NCBI GenBank assembly: GCA_036156175.1
Contig: JAYZVA010000058.1
Coordinates: 1-63,443 of the forward strand
DNA: 63,443 nt
Direction of reading: 5' to 3'
Source: Myxococcota bacterium
GTDB taxonomy: Bacteria > Myxococcota_A > UBA796
In this document: piece after piece, positions 40,649 to 50,441 of the stretch
Layout of the letters: each line of letters begins with the position of its first letter
How positions within the stretch are numbered: the first letter of the stretch is position 1
Made by a program: the position numbers and the translations under genes
The notes under the pieces: model-generated
The model's database searches: none
The model's input: the letters and a program-made list of their open reading frames with translations, nothing else
Told to the model about the DNA's origin: nothing

Positions 40649-42313
40649 ATGTCCGAACGCAGCCGCCGCACATCCACCCAGCAAACCACGAGCACGGAGA
40701 CGGGTTCGGCGGTCGCGACCGTGGGCGGAGCCTCCAACTCGCAACTCGCCGAGTCCACCCGCACGGCGGAAGGCACGGCGGCGGGACTCGCCAACTACCA
40801 GGCGGCACTCGGTCAGTGGTTGGGGGGAGAGCTGTACGGTGCGGTGGCCGGGCACCTGACCCTCGAGGCCATGTCGGGTCACGCCAACTCCGCGCTCATG
40901 AGCGCCCTGAAGGCACTGTCGAGCGGCTTGGAAAACATGGAACCGTCGGCCGAGTCAAAAGCCCTTCAAGAGCTGGCCAAGTCCCTTCAAGACGAATTCA
41001 AGACCGCCGCCGGCGACTGGCTGGAACAAAACGGCGCGGGCTTCTGCGCCGATTTGGCCGACTGGGTCGATGCCAACCCGATCCTGATCGTGACCGCCGC
41101 CATGCTGGCTGCCGCCGGTGCTTATCTGGCGAACGCGTCCATTCCAGAGTTGAGCCACGCGTTCAACATGGGCGAGTTCAAGGCCGAGTTGGGCGCCAAG
41201 CTGGGCCGCCTTCGCGACATCTCGCTTGAGCAGGTGTCCCTCGAGCTGAGTCACGCCACCGCCCCCCTTGTGGCGTCGGTCAAGGTCTCTCCGGGCGGCG
41301 AGCAGGTCAAAACCGAGGTGGGCGCATCGCTGGGCAGCGCCGAGCGCCGCGTGTACACCTCCGGGGAGTTCGTCGGCGACAACCTGAACGTCCTCAACGT
41401 GGGCGGTGTGTTGACCGCTGGAAACACCGCCGTCACCGCCGAGCACAACGCCAACATGAGCGACGGCGGGCGGCAGACCACCACCGTCAACATCGAGACC
41501 AAAGACGGCAACATCACGCGAACAAACAACATCGCGTACGACTCGAACACCGATGTGCTGACGGTCAAGAACATCCTCAGCCAAGTCGACGGCAAGAACT
41601 CCACCACCATCGAATCCGTCGGCTCGTCCAATGGCAACACATCCGAGACCGTGTCGCTCGCCCGCGACTTGGGCGGGGGACTCAGCGGCACGATGTCGCT
41701 GACCGAAGCGGCGCGGCGAATGGGGGTCGGCTCTTCCTACGAGTTGTCGACCGAACAAAAAGCGTCCTTGGGACTCAACTACGACTCGAGCGACCTGGAT
41801 GCGGCCATGTCGTTCAACTCGTCCACGAGTGGAAACACCAGCGCATCGGGGAGCGTGGACTACACCCGGCCCAGCGGCTGGCAAATGGGGGCCGACGCGG
41901 CGGTCACGTTTGGTCAGAAAGACACCCTGGAAGCCGGGGCTTACTTTGGATTCCGAAACCCCAATGAGTTCCAGACCTACATGGGGAAATACCGGTTCAA
42001 GGACGATGTCTCCCAGTCCCACGACCTCGACCTCATGGTCGAAGAACGGTTCGGCCCCATCTACACCCGTCTGCAGCAGAACGTTGCCGTGGGCCTGACG
42101 GGGACCAGCTGGACCACAACGGCCCAAGGCGCCTACTTCTTCAACGACAACTTTGCCCTCATCGGCGGCGCCCAGTACAGCGGCAACAACGCCGGTGACG
42201 AGTCAATTGCGCCCCAGATCGGCGCACAAGTCTATGGGGTGCCGCTGGTCGTGACCCACGACTTCGACACCAAGACGACGACGGTTGGGTTCACCTTCAA
42301 GTTTGGCCGCTGA
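40649..42313 (+). CDS. Hypothetical protein: Ser/Thr leader, helical region with hydrophobic segment, long beta-strand-rich C-terminus
   Basis: AAGGAG RBS; no Sec signal; ends TTTVGFTFKFGR, resembling a beta-barrel terminal strand. Confidence 0.75.
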   Translation: MSERSRRTSTQQTTSTETGSAVATVGGASNSQLAESTRTAEGTAAGLANYQAALGQWLGGELYGAVAGHLTLEAMSGHANSALMSALKALSSGLENMEPSAESKALQELAKSLQDEFKTAAGDWLEQNGAGFCADLADWVDANPILIVTAAMLAAAGAYLANASIPELSHAFNMGEFKAELGAKLGRLRDISLEQVSLELSHATAPLVASVKVSPGGEQVKTEVGASLGSAERRVYTSGEFVGDNLNVLNVGGVLTAGNTAVTAEHNANMSDGGRQTTTVNIETKDGNITRTNNIAYDSNTDVLTVKNILSQVDGKNSTTIESVGSSNGNTSETVSLARDLGGGLSGTMSLTEAARRMGVGSSYELSTEQKASLGLNYDSSDLDAAMSFNSSTSGNTSASGSVDYTRPSGWQMGADAAVTFGQKDTLEAGAYFGFRNPNEFQTYMGKYRFKDDVSQSHDLDLMVEERFGPIYTRLQQNVAVGLTGTSWTTTAQGAYFFNDNFALIGGAQYSGNNAGDESIAPQIGAQVYGVPLVVTHDFDTKTTTVGFTFKFGR

Positions 42314-42331
42314 ACCTCGCCGAACGGTCGT

Positions 42332-43828
42332 TCAGTCGTCTTGGGTCAGGTCGCTGTGCTCTTCCGCCTTGGTGTCATCGTTGCGGGTGGCCTGAAGGTC
42401 GGCCAAGTACGCCGCGTTGACATCCCCGGTGATGTACTGGCCCGAGAACACCGAGTCTTCGTAGGAAACAATGTCGGGGTTTCCCTCCCGCGCCGATGAA
42501 ATCAAGTCATCGAGTTCCTGGTAGATCAGCCAGTCGGCACCGATTGCCGACTCGATTTGTTTGACCGTTCGGCCGTGGGCAATCAGCTCCGGTGCGGCCG
42601 GCATGTCAATGCCGTACACGTTGGGGTAGCGAACGGGCGGTGCGGCCGACGCAAAGGACACGGTCTTCGCACCGGCATCTCGCGCCATGCGGATGATTTC
42701 GCTGCAGGTTGTTCCCCGAACAATGGAGTCGTCCACCAACAACACGTTCTTGTCGCGGAATTCGAGCGAAATGGGGTTCAACTTCTGGCGAACCGACTTC
42801 TTTCGCACGGCCTGGCCGGGCATGATGAAGGTCCGGCCGATGTACCGATTCTTGATGAAGCCTTCCCGCAGCTTGACGCCCAGGTGGTATGCGACCTGCA
42901 GCGCGGCCGTTCGGCTGGTATCGGGGACCGGGATCACCACATCGATGCCGTGGTTCGGACGCTGCGCCAGGATGTTGCGCGCCAAATGGTCGCCCATCCG
43001 CAGGCGGCTCTTGTACACCGAGATGCCGTCCACAATCGAGTCGGGTCGGGCGAGGTAGACAAACTCAAACAAGCAGGGACTGTGGGGCCGCTCGACGCCC
43101 AGCACCCGGGCATGGACGGTTCGGGACCGCGAATCGAACAGCACCGCTTCACCGGGCCGCACATTGGCTTCCACGCTGAACCCGGCGGACTCCAGCGCCA
43201 CCGACTCGGACGCGACCATGAACTCGCGGCCGTGGTCCGTCTCGCGATACCCGTAGCACAGGGGTCGAATGCCGTACTCATCTCGAAACGCAATCAAGCC
43301 GAATCCCGGGATCATGGCCACGGCTGCATAGGCGCCCTTGCACCGCCGATGAACTCCCTCGATGGCCGAAAAAATGTTCTCGGGCTTCAAAGAGGCGACG
43401 TCTTGTTTTCCCAGTTCGTGGGCAAAAACATTGAGCAAGATTTCCGAGTCAGAGCGGGTGTTGAGGTGCCGCCGATCGAGGTCAAACAACGCTTGTTTGA
43501 CGGCATCGGCGTTGGTCAGGTTTCCGTTGTGCCCCAAGGCGATGCCGTAGGGTGAGTTGACGTACAGCGGTTGGGCTTCGTGCGAGCTGGCGGTTCCCGC
43601 CGTGGGGTAGCGCACGTGACCGATGCCGGTGTTGCCGATCATTTCGCGCATGTGGCGCGTGCGAAAGACGTCTTTGACGAGTCCATTTCCCTTCCGCAGA
43701 AAGACCCGACTGCCGGCCGTGGTGGCAATTCCGGCCGCATCTTGACCCCGGTGTTGGAGCACCGTGAGGGCGTCGTAAATCCGCGTATTGACGGACTCTG
43801 TGCCGGCGATGCCCACGATGCCGCACAT
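42332..43828 (-). CDS. purF: Amidophosphoribosyltransferase
   Basis: MCGIVG N-terminal Cys, [40 protein letters not shown]. Confidence 0.97.
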   Translation of the reverse strand: MCGIVGIAGTESVNTRIYDALTVLQHRGQDAAGIATTAGSRVFLRKGNGLVKDVFRTRHMREMIGNTGIGHVRYPTAGTASSHEAQPLYVNSPYGIALGHNGNLTNADAVKQALFDLDRRHLNTRSDSEILLNVFAHELGKQDVASLKPENIFSAIEGVHRRCKGAYAAVAMIPGFGLIAFRDEYGIRPLCYGYRETDHGREFMVASESVALESAGFSVEANVRPGEAVLFDSRSRTVHARVLGVERPHSPCLFEFVYLARPDSIVDGISVYKSRLRMGDHLARNILAQRPNHGIDVVIPVPDTSRTAALQVAYHLGVKLREGFIKNRYIGRTFIMPGQAVRKKSVRQKLNPISLEFRDKNVLLVDDSIVRGTTCSEIIRMARDAGAKTVSFASAAPPVRYPNVYGIDMPAAPELIAHGRTVKQIESAIGADWLIYQELDDLISSAREGNPDIVSYEDSVFSGQYITGDVNAAYLADLQATRNDDTKAEEHSDLTQDD

Positions 43829-43917
43829 AACCACACTCCTGGTGACGGGGAGACTGCAGTACCTTGCCCCAACGGTTTGCACAACCCCCGCGCTCGGATG
43901 AGGCAGAGATTCCACAT

Positions 43918-45027
43918 TCACCGCGCCGAGCGTTGCCCGCCGAGGCGCTGGGTGGTGACCAAACTCAGCGCGGGATCCACCCCCGAGATCGCACCGAGGG
44001 TCTGCTCGGTTCGGTCACCAAGCACCGTGTATCGGGCCCATCCGAGCCCCACTGCACGAACAATGGCGTAGCCCGTCTCCCGATCGAGGGTCGCGCAGGT
44101 GCCCAACGAGAACGTCTCGTGACACCCGCCCTCGATCTCCATCCAAGTGAAGTCGATGGCGCCCATGGACTCGAACTGGGTGTCCTGACCGCGCTGATCT
44201 TCGGTGGCGCCCATGAACAGGACCGGGCCGTGGACGGCCAACTCGCCATCGGCCCCGAACCACGAGCGCCGAAGCGTGCCGGCCATCGGCATGGTGGCCA
44301 CCACCCGCGGGTCGCCAAGCTCGGCTCCGAACATCGCGGTCTCCTGGGCCGTGCACGGGTTGTCCCCGGATGCACACATCTCGGCCACGTTCTCCGGATC
44401 GTATGCCGCGCCCAAGACGGCCCACGTCGTGTAGGCCCCGCGACTGTGACCGGACATCATCACCCGTTCCGTGTTGATCCGACCGGCCAGGGGATGTTCA
44501 TCGTCCAGACCTTCGACGGCATCCAACGCTGCTCGTATGTCGAGGGGGCGATGGGCATAGTGGGCGTTCGACAGCGGGTCTTGGTGGTCCACGAGGGTGT
44601 TGTCGGCGTGGTTTGGGGTCACCGTGACCCAACCGTGAGACGCCATATGCCGGTTCATGAAGGCCGTGGCCTCGCCGAAGCTCCGGTCGCCGTGGGAGAA
44701 CGTGTGGAGCGGATAGCCGTCGACGTGCACCGGTGGGGCCGGCTCGGCGCCCGCAATGCTCAACGGGTCGACGCCGAAGGTGTAGGCGGCGGGGTTGCCC
44801 GTGGTCTCGTTCGTTGGGTACCACAGGTTGATCCGCACGGTCCGGTCCACCACCCCTTCACCGGGGGTGTAGGTCACCTCCCACGACTCAAACCCAACCG
44901 AAAACGGTCCGGGTTCGGTCAGCGACCACGACAGGGGGTCCATTGCCTCGCCCCCGGTGTCGATGACCGGCTCGAGGGACGAACCCGAACACCCAAGCCA
45001 GCCCACCGCAGCGAACAACAGCCTCAC
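43918..45027 (-). CDS. Alpha/beta hydrolase lipoprotein (PAF-AH/dienelactone-hydrolase-like)
   Basis: GTG 45027, lipobox WLGC; LWYP, FSHG, HRPLDI, GHSRG nucleophile, GCHETF. Confidence 0.82.
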   Translation of the reverse strand: MRLLFAAVGWLGCSGSSLEPVIDTGGEAMDPLSWSLTEPGPFSVGFESWEVTYTPGEGVVDRTVRINLWYPTNETTGNPAAYTFGVDPLSIAGAEPAPPVHVDGYPLHTFSHGDRSFGEATAFMNRHMASHGWVTVTPNHADNTLVDHQDPLSNAHYAHRPLDIRAALDAVEGLDDEHPLAGRINTERVMMSGHSRGAYTTWAVLGAAYDPENVAEMCASGDNPCTAQETAMFGAELGDPRVVATMPMAGTLRRSWFGADGELAVHGPVLFMGATEDQRGQDTQFESMGAIDFTWMEIEGGCHETFSLGTCATLDRETGYAIVRAVGLGWARYTVLGDRTEQTLGAISGVDPALSLVTTQRLGGQRSAR

Positions 45028-45905
45028 GGATCCACGTAGAAGAAGGCGGGCTTGGCCTTGAATTCCAACACGACCGAAATGCCCTGACACTGACCCGATT
45101 CATCGGGCCACAAGTCCGCTCGGGTTCGCAGCAGATCGCTGATCAGGTCGCCGATGTCGATGTCGCTTCGACCGTCGACAAAGTCGATGATTTCATTGAT
45201 GTAGAGGCCGCCGGCGATGTAGCCCGTGTGGTGACCGTCCACGCCTTGATTGAACCGGAGGGTGGAACCGTTCAGCGTGAAGTACAGGGCGATGTCGAAG
45301 ATGTTGAAGGGCAGCCCCACCTCCAACGGGGAAGCAATGAGCGTCCCGCCCTCCAGCGACTGCCCTTCCGTTCGGCTCTGGGGCAAATCCAGGTTGCGGT
45401 CGAAGGTCTGGCCCGCTTCGATGATGCGATCGGTTCCGACCGTGGGCTCGCCCAGCCCCCGGAGCAGGTTGACGTTGACGCACGAATCGTCCTCCGGATC
45501 GTCGATGTCTTCCATCTCCAGCATGATGAGAATTTCACCCCGGTTGATGAGATCCTGAATGTAGACCTCGATCGCGGCGCCTTCGGTGAGCTCAAGGATG
45601 GGGATCATGGTTCCAAAGCTGTTGTCGACGCCGCCGTTTCCTTCCGGATCGGTGTAGTCGTCGACGCCGCACCCAAGGGTGCTGTCATCCAGGTCCGCTC
45701 CCCAGCTGACCTCGTTGTTTTCGACCCGCGCGAAGCGCATCTCCGTGATGATGGCCACCTGCGTCTTCTCGGGTTCGTCGCACGCCGCCTCTTCGAACGC
45801 CGCTGCAGCGCTGTCGGACGACGAGTCTGTGCATCCCATTGCGCCGAGCAAGAGTCCCATGGCGACCCGTGCGCCGAATCTACGTTTCGATTTCAGACAG
45901 ACCAT
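45024..45905 (-). CDS. Hypothetical lipoprotein
   Basis: Lipobox AMGC; GxDLD...CG..D..DPEGNGGVDN motif; part of the DUF1592/DUF1552 operon. Confidence 0.7.
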   Translation of the reverse strand: MVCLKSKRRFGARVAMGLLLGAMGCTDSSSDSAAAAFEEAACDEPEKTQVAIITEMRFARVENNEVSWGADLDDSTLGCGVDDYTDPEGNGGVDNSFGTMIPILELTEGAAIEVYIQDLINRGEILIMLEMEDIDDPEDDSCVNVNLLRGLGEPTVGTDRIIEAGQTFDRNLDLPQSRTEGQSLEGGTLIASPLEVGLPFNIFDIALYFTLNGSTLRFNQGVDGHHTGYIAGGLYINEIIDFVDGRSDIDIGDLISDLLRTRADLWPDESGQCQGISVVLEFKAKPAFFYVDP

Positions 45906-47211
45906 CGCTGACCTCTCCCTTGTCGATGCCGAACGTCGGGGCGCTGATGCCCATGGCCCGCACTGCCGAGAGCATGACATGGCTGGTGTTGGCCGCGGTG
46001 TATGAGCGGTGGTGGTATCCCTGCCGAATGGCGCCGCATGCGCCGCCGGCAAGCACGATCGGCATGTCCTCAAACGAGTGGGTCTGACCGCGGCTGGTCT
46101 CGGAGGTGGCAAGAAGAAGCATGTGGTCGAGCAGCGTCTCGTCGCCTTCGGGAATCAAGCTCAGTTGCTCCACCAAGTACGCCAGCTCACCCATGATGAA
46201 CGTGGTGACCATGTTCACCTCGGGTTGGTCTCCCGGTTCATCGTGCGTGAGGCTGTGGTGGCCCATGGAGGCATCGGGGAAGAGCTTGTTGTTCAACGGG
46301 TCCGAGAACCAATGGCTGAACACGCGCGTCTGATCGCAGGCCACCGCCATCACCAGCAGGTCGGCCATGGCCCGGTTGATGTCTCGGATGGGGTGCCGGC
46401 CATCCACCTCGGGGTACACCAACTCCGGCGCCGCAGGACGGAGGCAAGACGCCAGGTTTGGTGGGTCTTCTTGCAACCGCGCCAGCCGAAGTTCGAGCTC
46501 GCGCACGCCCGTGAAGTGCTGGTCGAGCCGCGCCCGGTCGGCCGCGCCCACCCGGGCATCGAGCCGCTGAATGTCGCCCATCACGGCGTCCAGGACGCTG
46601 CGACGCAGCGCCAGCTCTGGATCGACGATCCCCTCTTCACCGGGTTCGCGGAACGACGCGCCAAAGATGCGCTCGTAGAAGGCGTGCGGCGAGAGTTCGG
46701 GCGGATTCTTGTTGTTGGGGCCGTTGTACGAGTTCCCGTCCGTCCCCGGCAGCACCCCCGTCTCCAGCGACCGATAAATGGTGTCCCCGCCGATGTAGCT
46801 GGCGATCAGCTGGTCGATGCTCGGCAGCGCGAAAGTTCCGTCCTCGCGACCGTCCTCGTACGACAACAGGTTGCTGCCCGTCAGAATCCCCGCTGACCCC
46901 GACGTGTGGGGGAAGATGTTGTCGGTGTGGATGCTCATCCCGCTGACCACGGTGATCAGGTCCTTGACGTTTGCCAACGGTGCCAGCTGCTCCGACAAGG
47001 CCCAGTCGGTCCCCTCTCCGGTTGGGGTCCAGTGTTCGGGAAGGTTGCCATTGCCCCAGAAAAACAAGCCGAAGCGAAGCGGCAACCCGCCCCCGGCCGC
47101 ATAGGCCGTGCCGCTCGTGTTGAACATTGCTTCGAGCGGGGGAAGGCCCACGCTGACGGCTGCGCCGCCCAGGATTCCTCGAAGCACCGTGCGTCGGGTG
47201 ATGGGTTTCAT
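45880..47211 (-). CDS. DUF1552 domain protein (Tat-like signal)
   Basis: ITRRTVLRG...LPPLEAM, SIDQLIA, SVLDAV, ACDQTRV, HSLTH, ETLLDH. Confidence 0.9.
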   Translation of the reverse strand: MKPITRRTVLRGILGGAAVSVGLPPLEAMFNTSGTAYAAGGGLPLRFGLFFWGNGNLPEHWTPTGEGTDWALSEQLAPLANVKDLITVVSGMSIHTDNIFPHTSGSAGILTGSNLLSYEDGREDGTFALPSIDQLIASYIGGDTIYRSLETGVLPGTDGNSYNGPNNKNPPELSPHAFYERIFGASFREPGEEGIVDPELALRRSVLDAVMGDIQRLDARVGAADRARLDQHFTGVRELELRLARLQEDPPNLASCLRPAAPELVYPEVDGRHPIRDINRAMADLLVMAVACDQTRVFSHWFSDPLNNKLFPDASMGHHSLTHDEPGDQPEVNMVTTFIMGELAYLVEQLSLIPEGDETLLDHMLLLATSETSRGQTHSFEDMPIVLAGGACGAIRQGYHHRSYTAANTSHVMLSAVRAMGISAPTFGIDKGEVSDGLSEIET

Positions 47212-48797
47212 TCCACTTCTCCGGCGAGTCGGAAGGCATCGCTCATGACCAAGTCCATGAGCAGAAATCGAAGCCGATGGTCCATGAAGGTGAAGCCCTC
47301 CGCCAAGTAATCCACGGCGGCTTCCTCGCCGTCGGTGACCGAACGACCCGAGGCATACCCCAACGCTGTCCGCACCAAGCACGGACCCAAGCGCTCGTGG
47401 GACGCCACGCGGTCGGCAAGACCCCATGCGTCGGCAAAGTCGTGCCCGTCCAGCTGCCCGCTCGGGTCAATCACGGCGCCTTCTTCCATGGTTCGGTAGT
47501 GACCGAGCCCGTCAAACTGTTCGAACCCAAGCCCGATCGGGTCCATCATCGTGTGGCACGACGAACAATACGGATCCTCCAAGTGCACAGCGACGCGCTC
47601 GCGCAGCGTCGCCGCCGACGCGCTCGGCTCCGGAATCGACGTGTCCACGTCCGAGGGGGGCGGTGGAATGTATTGGCAGAGCAGCACCTCTCGAACGAAT
47701 CGTCCGCGCAGCGTCGCCGACGAGTTGACCGCGTGGGACTGCAGCGCAAGAAAGCTCACCTGACCCAAGAACCCACGGCGGTCGTCGCTGCCGTCAAGAA
47801 CGGCCTCGCCGAAGCCCTCGCGGGCCGGCGCACGAACGCTGTAGATGCTCGCCAGCTTGCGGTCGAGGAAGGTCCGGGTGGTCGTGAACAAGTCCCGGTA
47901 ATCCCCGTCGCTGTCCACCACGTTGTCGACCACGCCCAACAAGGTTTCCTCCCGCGCCGAAGACCCCACTTCTGGGCTCATGTGGGTGAACACGGTCGGG
48001 TCTTTGGTCAGGTCATCGAGCTCGTACAGCCCCCATGTGTCGGTGAAGAACGCGCGGATTCCGTCCTCGAATCGGGGGTCTTCGAGCATGCGCTCGGCCT
48101 GCACCATGAGCCCGGCGTCATCGAGCAACTCGCCCGCCTCCGCGGCATCGAGCAACTCATCATCGGGAATGCTGTTCCAGAGCAAGAACGACAAGCGGGT
48201 CGCCATTTCGTAGTCGTTGAACTGTTCGCCATCGCCCAGCTCCACGCGGAACAAAAAGTTCGGCGACTGGAGGACAGCCGCCACCGCGTACCGCAGCCCG
48301 GCGTCGAAATCGTCGAGCACGGTCGCCGCTTGGGCGGCCACTGCGAGCAGCGTGTCGAGCTCCGCCGACTCCAGCGGCCGACGCCATGCCCGGCGCCCAA
48401 ATGCGGCGAGGGTTTCTTCGGCGCAGGCTTCATCGACCACGCCGGACGGCGTGCACGGGACCAGCTCGCCGCGAAGGACCTCGTTCTCGAACACCTGCTC
48501 CGCCAATCCAAAGGCGGCCGATTCGTACTGCTCGACGCCGCGAGGGGAGATGGTGGTCAGCGACGCACCGATGGCCTGAAGACCATCCGTGGCTTCATCG
48601 GGCTCCAGGTTGGACGGCAGGACCAAGCCGTCGCCCAGCAATTCTCGAATGGCGTTGTCGTATTGGGACCGGGTCAACCGGCGGAGCGTGGGGGACGGAA
48701 GCGTCACCTCGGGTGCGACGCGGTCCAGGGTCGCATCCACCTCTTCAGCATCGAGGGGCTTCTCGCAGCCCATCAGTGCCGCCACCATTAGCGCCAT
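47208..48797 (-). CDS. DUF1587/1595/1592/1588/1585 domain lipoprotein with CxxCH
   Basis: LRRLTRSQY, AWRRPL, LQSPNFLFRVE, RLSFLLWNSIPD, CSSCHTMMDPIGLGFEQFD; lipobox LMGC. Confidence 0.9.
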   Translation of the reverse strand: MALMVAALMGCEKPLDAEEVDATLDRVAPEVTLPSPTLRRLTRSQYDNAIRELLGDGLVLPSNLEPDEATDGLQAIGASLTTISPRGVEQYESAAFGLAEQVFENEVLRGELVPCTPSGVVDEACAEETLAAFGRRAWRRPLESAELDTLLAVAAQAATVLDDFDAGLRYAVAAVLQSPNFLFRVELGDGEQFNDYEMATRLSFLLWNSIPDDELLDAAEAGELLDDAGLMVQAERMLEDPRFEDGIRAFFTDTWGLYELDDLTKDPTVFTHMSPEVGSSAREETLLGVVDNVVDSDGDYRDLFTTTRTFLDRKLASIYSVRAPAREGFGEAVLDGSDDRRGFLGQVSFLALQSHAVNSSATLRGRFVREVLLCQYIPPPPSDVDTSIPEPSASAATLRERVAVHLEDPYCSSCHTMMDPIGLGFEQFDGLGHYRTMEEGAVIDPSGQLDGHDFADAWGLADRVASHERLGPCLVRTALGYASGRSVTDGEEAAVDYLAEGFTFMDHRLRFLLMDLVMSDAFRLAGEVE

Positions 48798-48880
48798 CAC
48801 GCGATTCAATCGGAACTCCGTTGCCCGCTCATGGTACCGCAAATGCCGCCGGCTGGGGGGTCCATCTGCCCGCACGCCGT

Positions 48881-49327
48881 TCACGGCTCGGGTTCGCCCG
48901 ACCACATCCGTCCCGACCACATTCGCCCCACCATGCGAACATCACCGAACAACGACCACAATGGGTAGGTGAAGGTCGCGGGTCGGTTGCGCTCCACCGC
49001 AAAATGACCCACCCAAGCGCACCCGTATGCGACCGCAATTCCCGCACCGACCCAGGGGCTGCCAATGACCAGCACCGCCGCGATCGCGAGCGCTTCGCCG
49101 ACCGCTCGCCGTCTCGCTTCGATCGAGCGCGCCAAAAACGCGACCACGGCGGCCCCGATCACGCAAGCGCCCATCCGTACCGGGTGCGCGACCAGGGAAG
49201 CCACAACGGTGCCCCCAAACACCGTTGTTCCCACAAAATGCAGGTGGCGCGATGCCGGTCGGCGATGCTCGCCCAGATAATGGGGCCAGAAGTCCGAAAA
49301 CGATGCGAGACGTTGCCCTTCGCTCAT
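48881..49327 (-). CDS. DUF962 (Mpo1-like) membrane protein
   Basis: FWPHYLGEH...LHFVG, AWVGHFAVERNRPATF. Confidence 0.88.
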   Translation of the reverse strand: MSEGQRLASFSDFWPHYLGEHRRPASRHLHFVGTTVFGGTVVASLVAHPVRMGACVIGAAVVAFLARSIEARRRAVGEALAIAAVLVIGSPWVGAGIAVAYGCAWVGHFAVERNRPATFTYPLWSLFGDVRMVGRMWSGRMWSGEPEP

Positions 49328-49746
49328 GAGCCGGGGACCCCACCGTCGGCCCGATTTGGGCGGCGATCGTGGGTGACCAAGACCGGAACCGCGCACGTTC
49401 GAACCACCGTCTCCGCGACGCTTCCCAAGATGACCCGCTCCAGCCCGGTCTTGCCGTGGGTTCCCATGACCACCAAGTCGTGCTCGCCGTCCACGGCGAG
49501 GCGATTGATGCACGCGGCCGGCTCGCCGGACTCAAACACCACCTCGACGCCGACCGAGCTGGGCACCTCTGCAGCGACCGCTCGGTGAACCCCTTCCGGA
49601 TGCTCGTCGCCGGGAAACGGCGACGTGTCGACGTGCAGAATGGTCAGCCGAGCCCCCACCCGCATGGCGATGGCTGCGGCAAGACGCAACGCCTCAACGG
49701 CGGGTTCCGACAAGTCCATGGGAACCAAGATCCGGGTGAACAACAT
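49324..49746 (-). CDS. Universal stress protein
   Basis: ILVPMDLS, DLVVMGTHGKTG, LGSVAETVVR..PVL. Confidence 0.92.
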   Translation of the reverse strand: MLFTRILVPMDLSEPAVEALRLAAAIAMRVGARLTILHVDTSPFPGDEHPEGVHRAVAAEVPSSVGVEVVFESGEPAACINRLAVDGEHDLVVMGTHGKTGLERVILGSVAETVVRTCAVPVLVTHDRRPNRADGGVPGS

Positions 49747-49895
49747 CACCCGAGTAGACCACAATTGAAAACCCCCCGCGACTCGAAAACCGCGAGGGGT
49801 CGGCTGTTACCCGAGCCGAGCTTGTATCCCGCCGCGCCGCTGCCGGGTAGTCCCCGCCAGTGGACCCCGGGCGTCCCGGAGCGTACACTCGTGTC

Positions 49896-50441
49896 ATGAC
49901 GGGACGCATGGCCATCGGTTGGATGCTCTGGAGCGGATGCGCCAAACCGGACGAATCCACCGCTCCCGGCGACTCCGGCGCGGCCATTGAACCCGCCGTG
50001 GAAGGCCCGTGCGGATCCGCACCCATCGCGCTCGAAGCGGGCACGGGGGAGGACGCCTTTCAGCCGCTCACCGATGGCGACCCGATTGAAGTCATTCACG
50101 GCGCGCAGGATGGTCATCACATCCTGGGAAGCCTGCGCCTCCGCAACACCGATGAGATCGCCACAATTCACTACTGGATCGAGCACCCCGCCGAGGACCG
50201 GGTGGTCTCAGACCAAGTCTACCGCACGCAGCTGGTGCCGATCGCGGGTGCCGACGGGTGCAGCTTTGAGTCCGTGGGGATGTTCGCCTACCTCGGCCGA
50301 ATCGACCCCGACTCCGCCGCGTTCCTCGACGAAGAAGTGGTCGTCCACATGGACGTGGAAGACGCCGCAGGCCGCTCCGCAACGGCGGCGGTCACGGTCA
50401 TTCCCTACCTGACAGTAGTGGAGCGCGACCCCGTACGGTGA
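49896..50441 (+). CDS. Hypothetical lipoprotein
   Basis: Lipobox WSGC; GTGE..F.PL.DGD...IHGAQDGHH motif. Confidence 0.7.
   Translation: MTGRMAIGWMLWSGCAKPDESTAPGDSGAAIEPAVEGPCGSAPIALEAGTGEDAFQPLTDGDPIEVIHGAQDGHHILGSLRLRNTDEIATIHYWIEHPAEDRVVSDQVYRTQLVPIAGADGCSFESVGMFAYLGRIDPDSAAFLDEEVVVHMDVEDAAGRSATAAVTVIPYLTVVERDPVR

Noticed and set aside
49771..49800. Imperfect hairpin upstream of the USP gene as a riboswitch or terminator
   Set aside because: Mismatched stem, no recognisable RNA family, and it sits between divergent genes.
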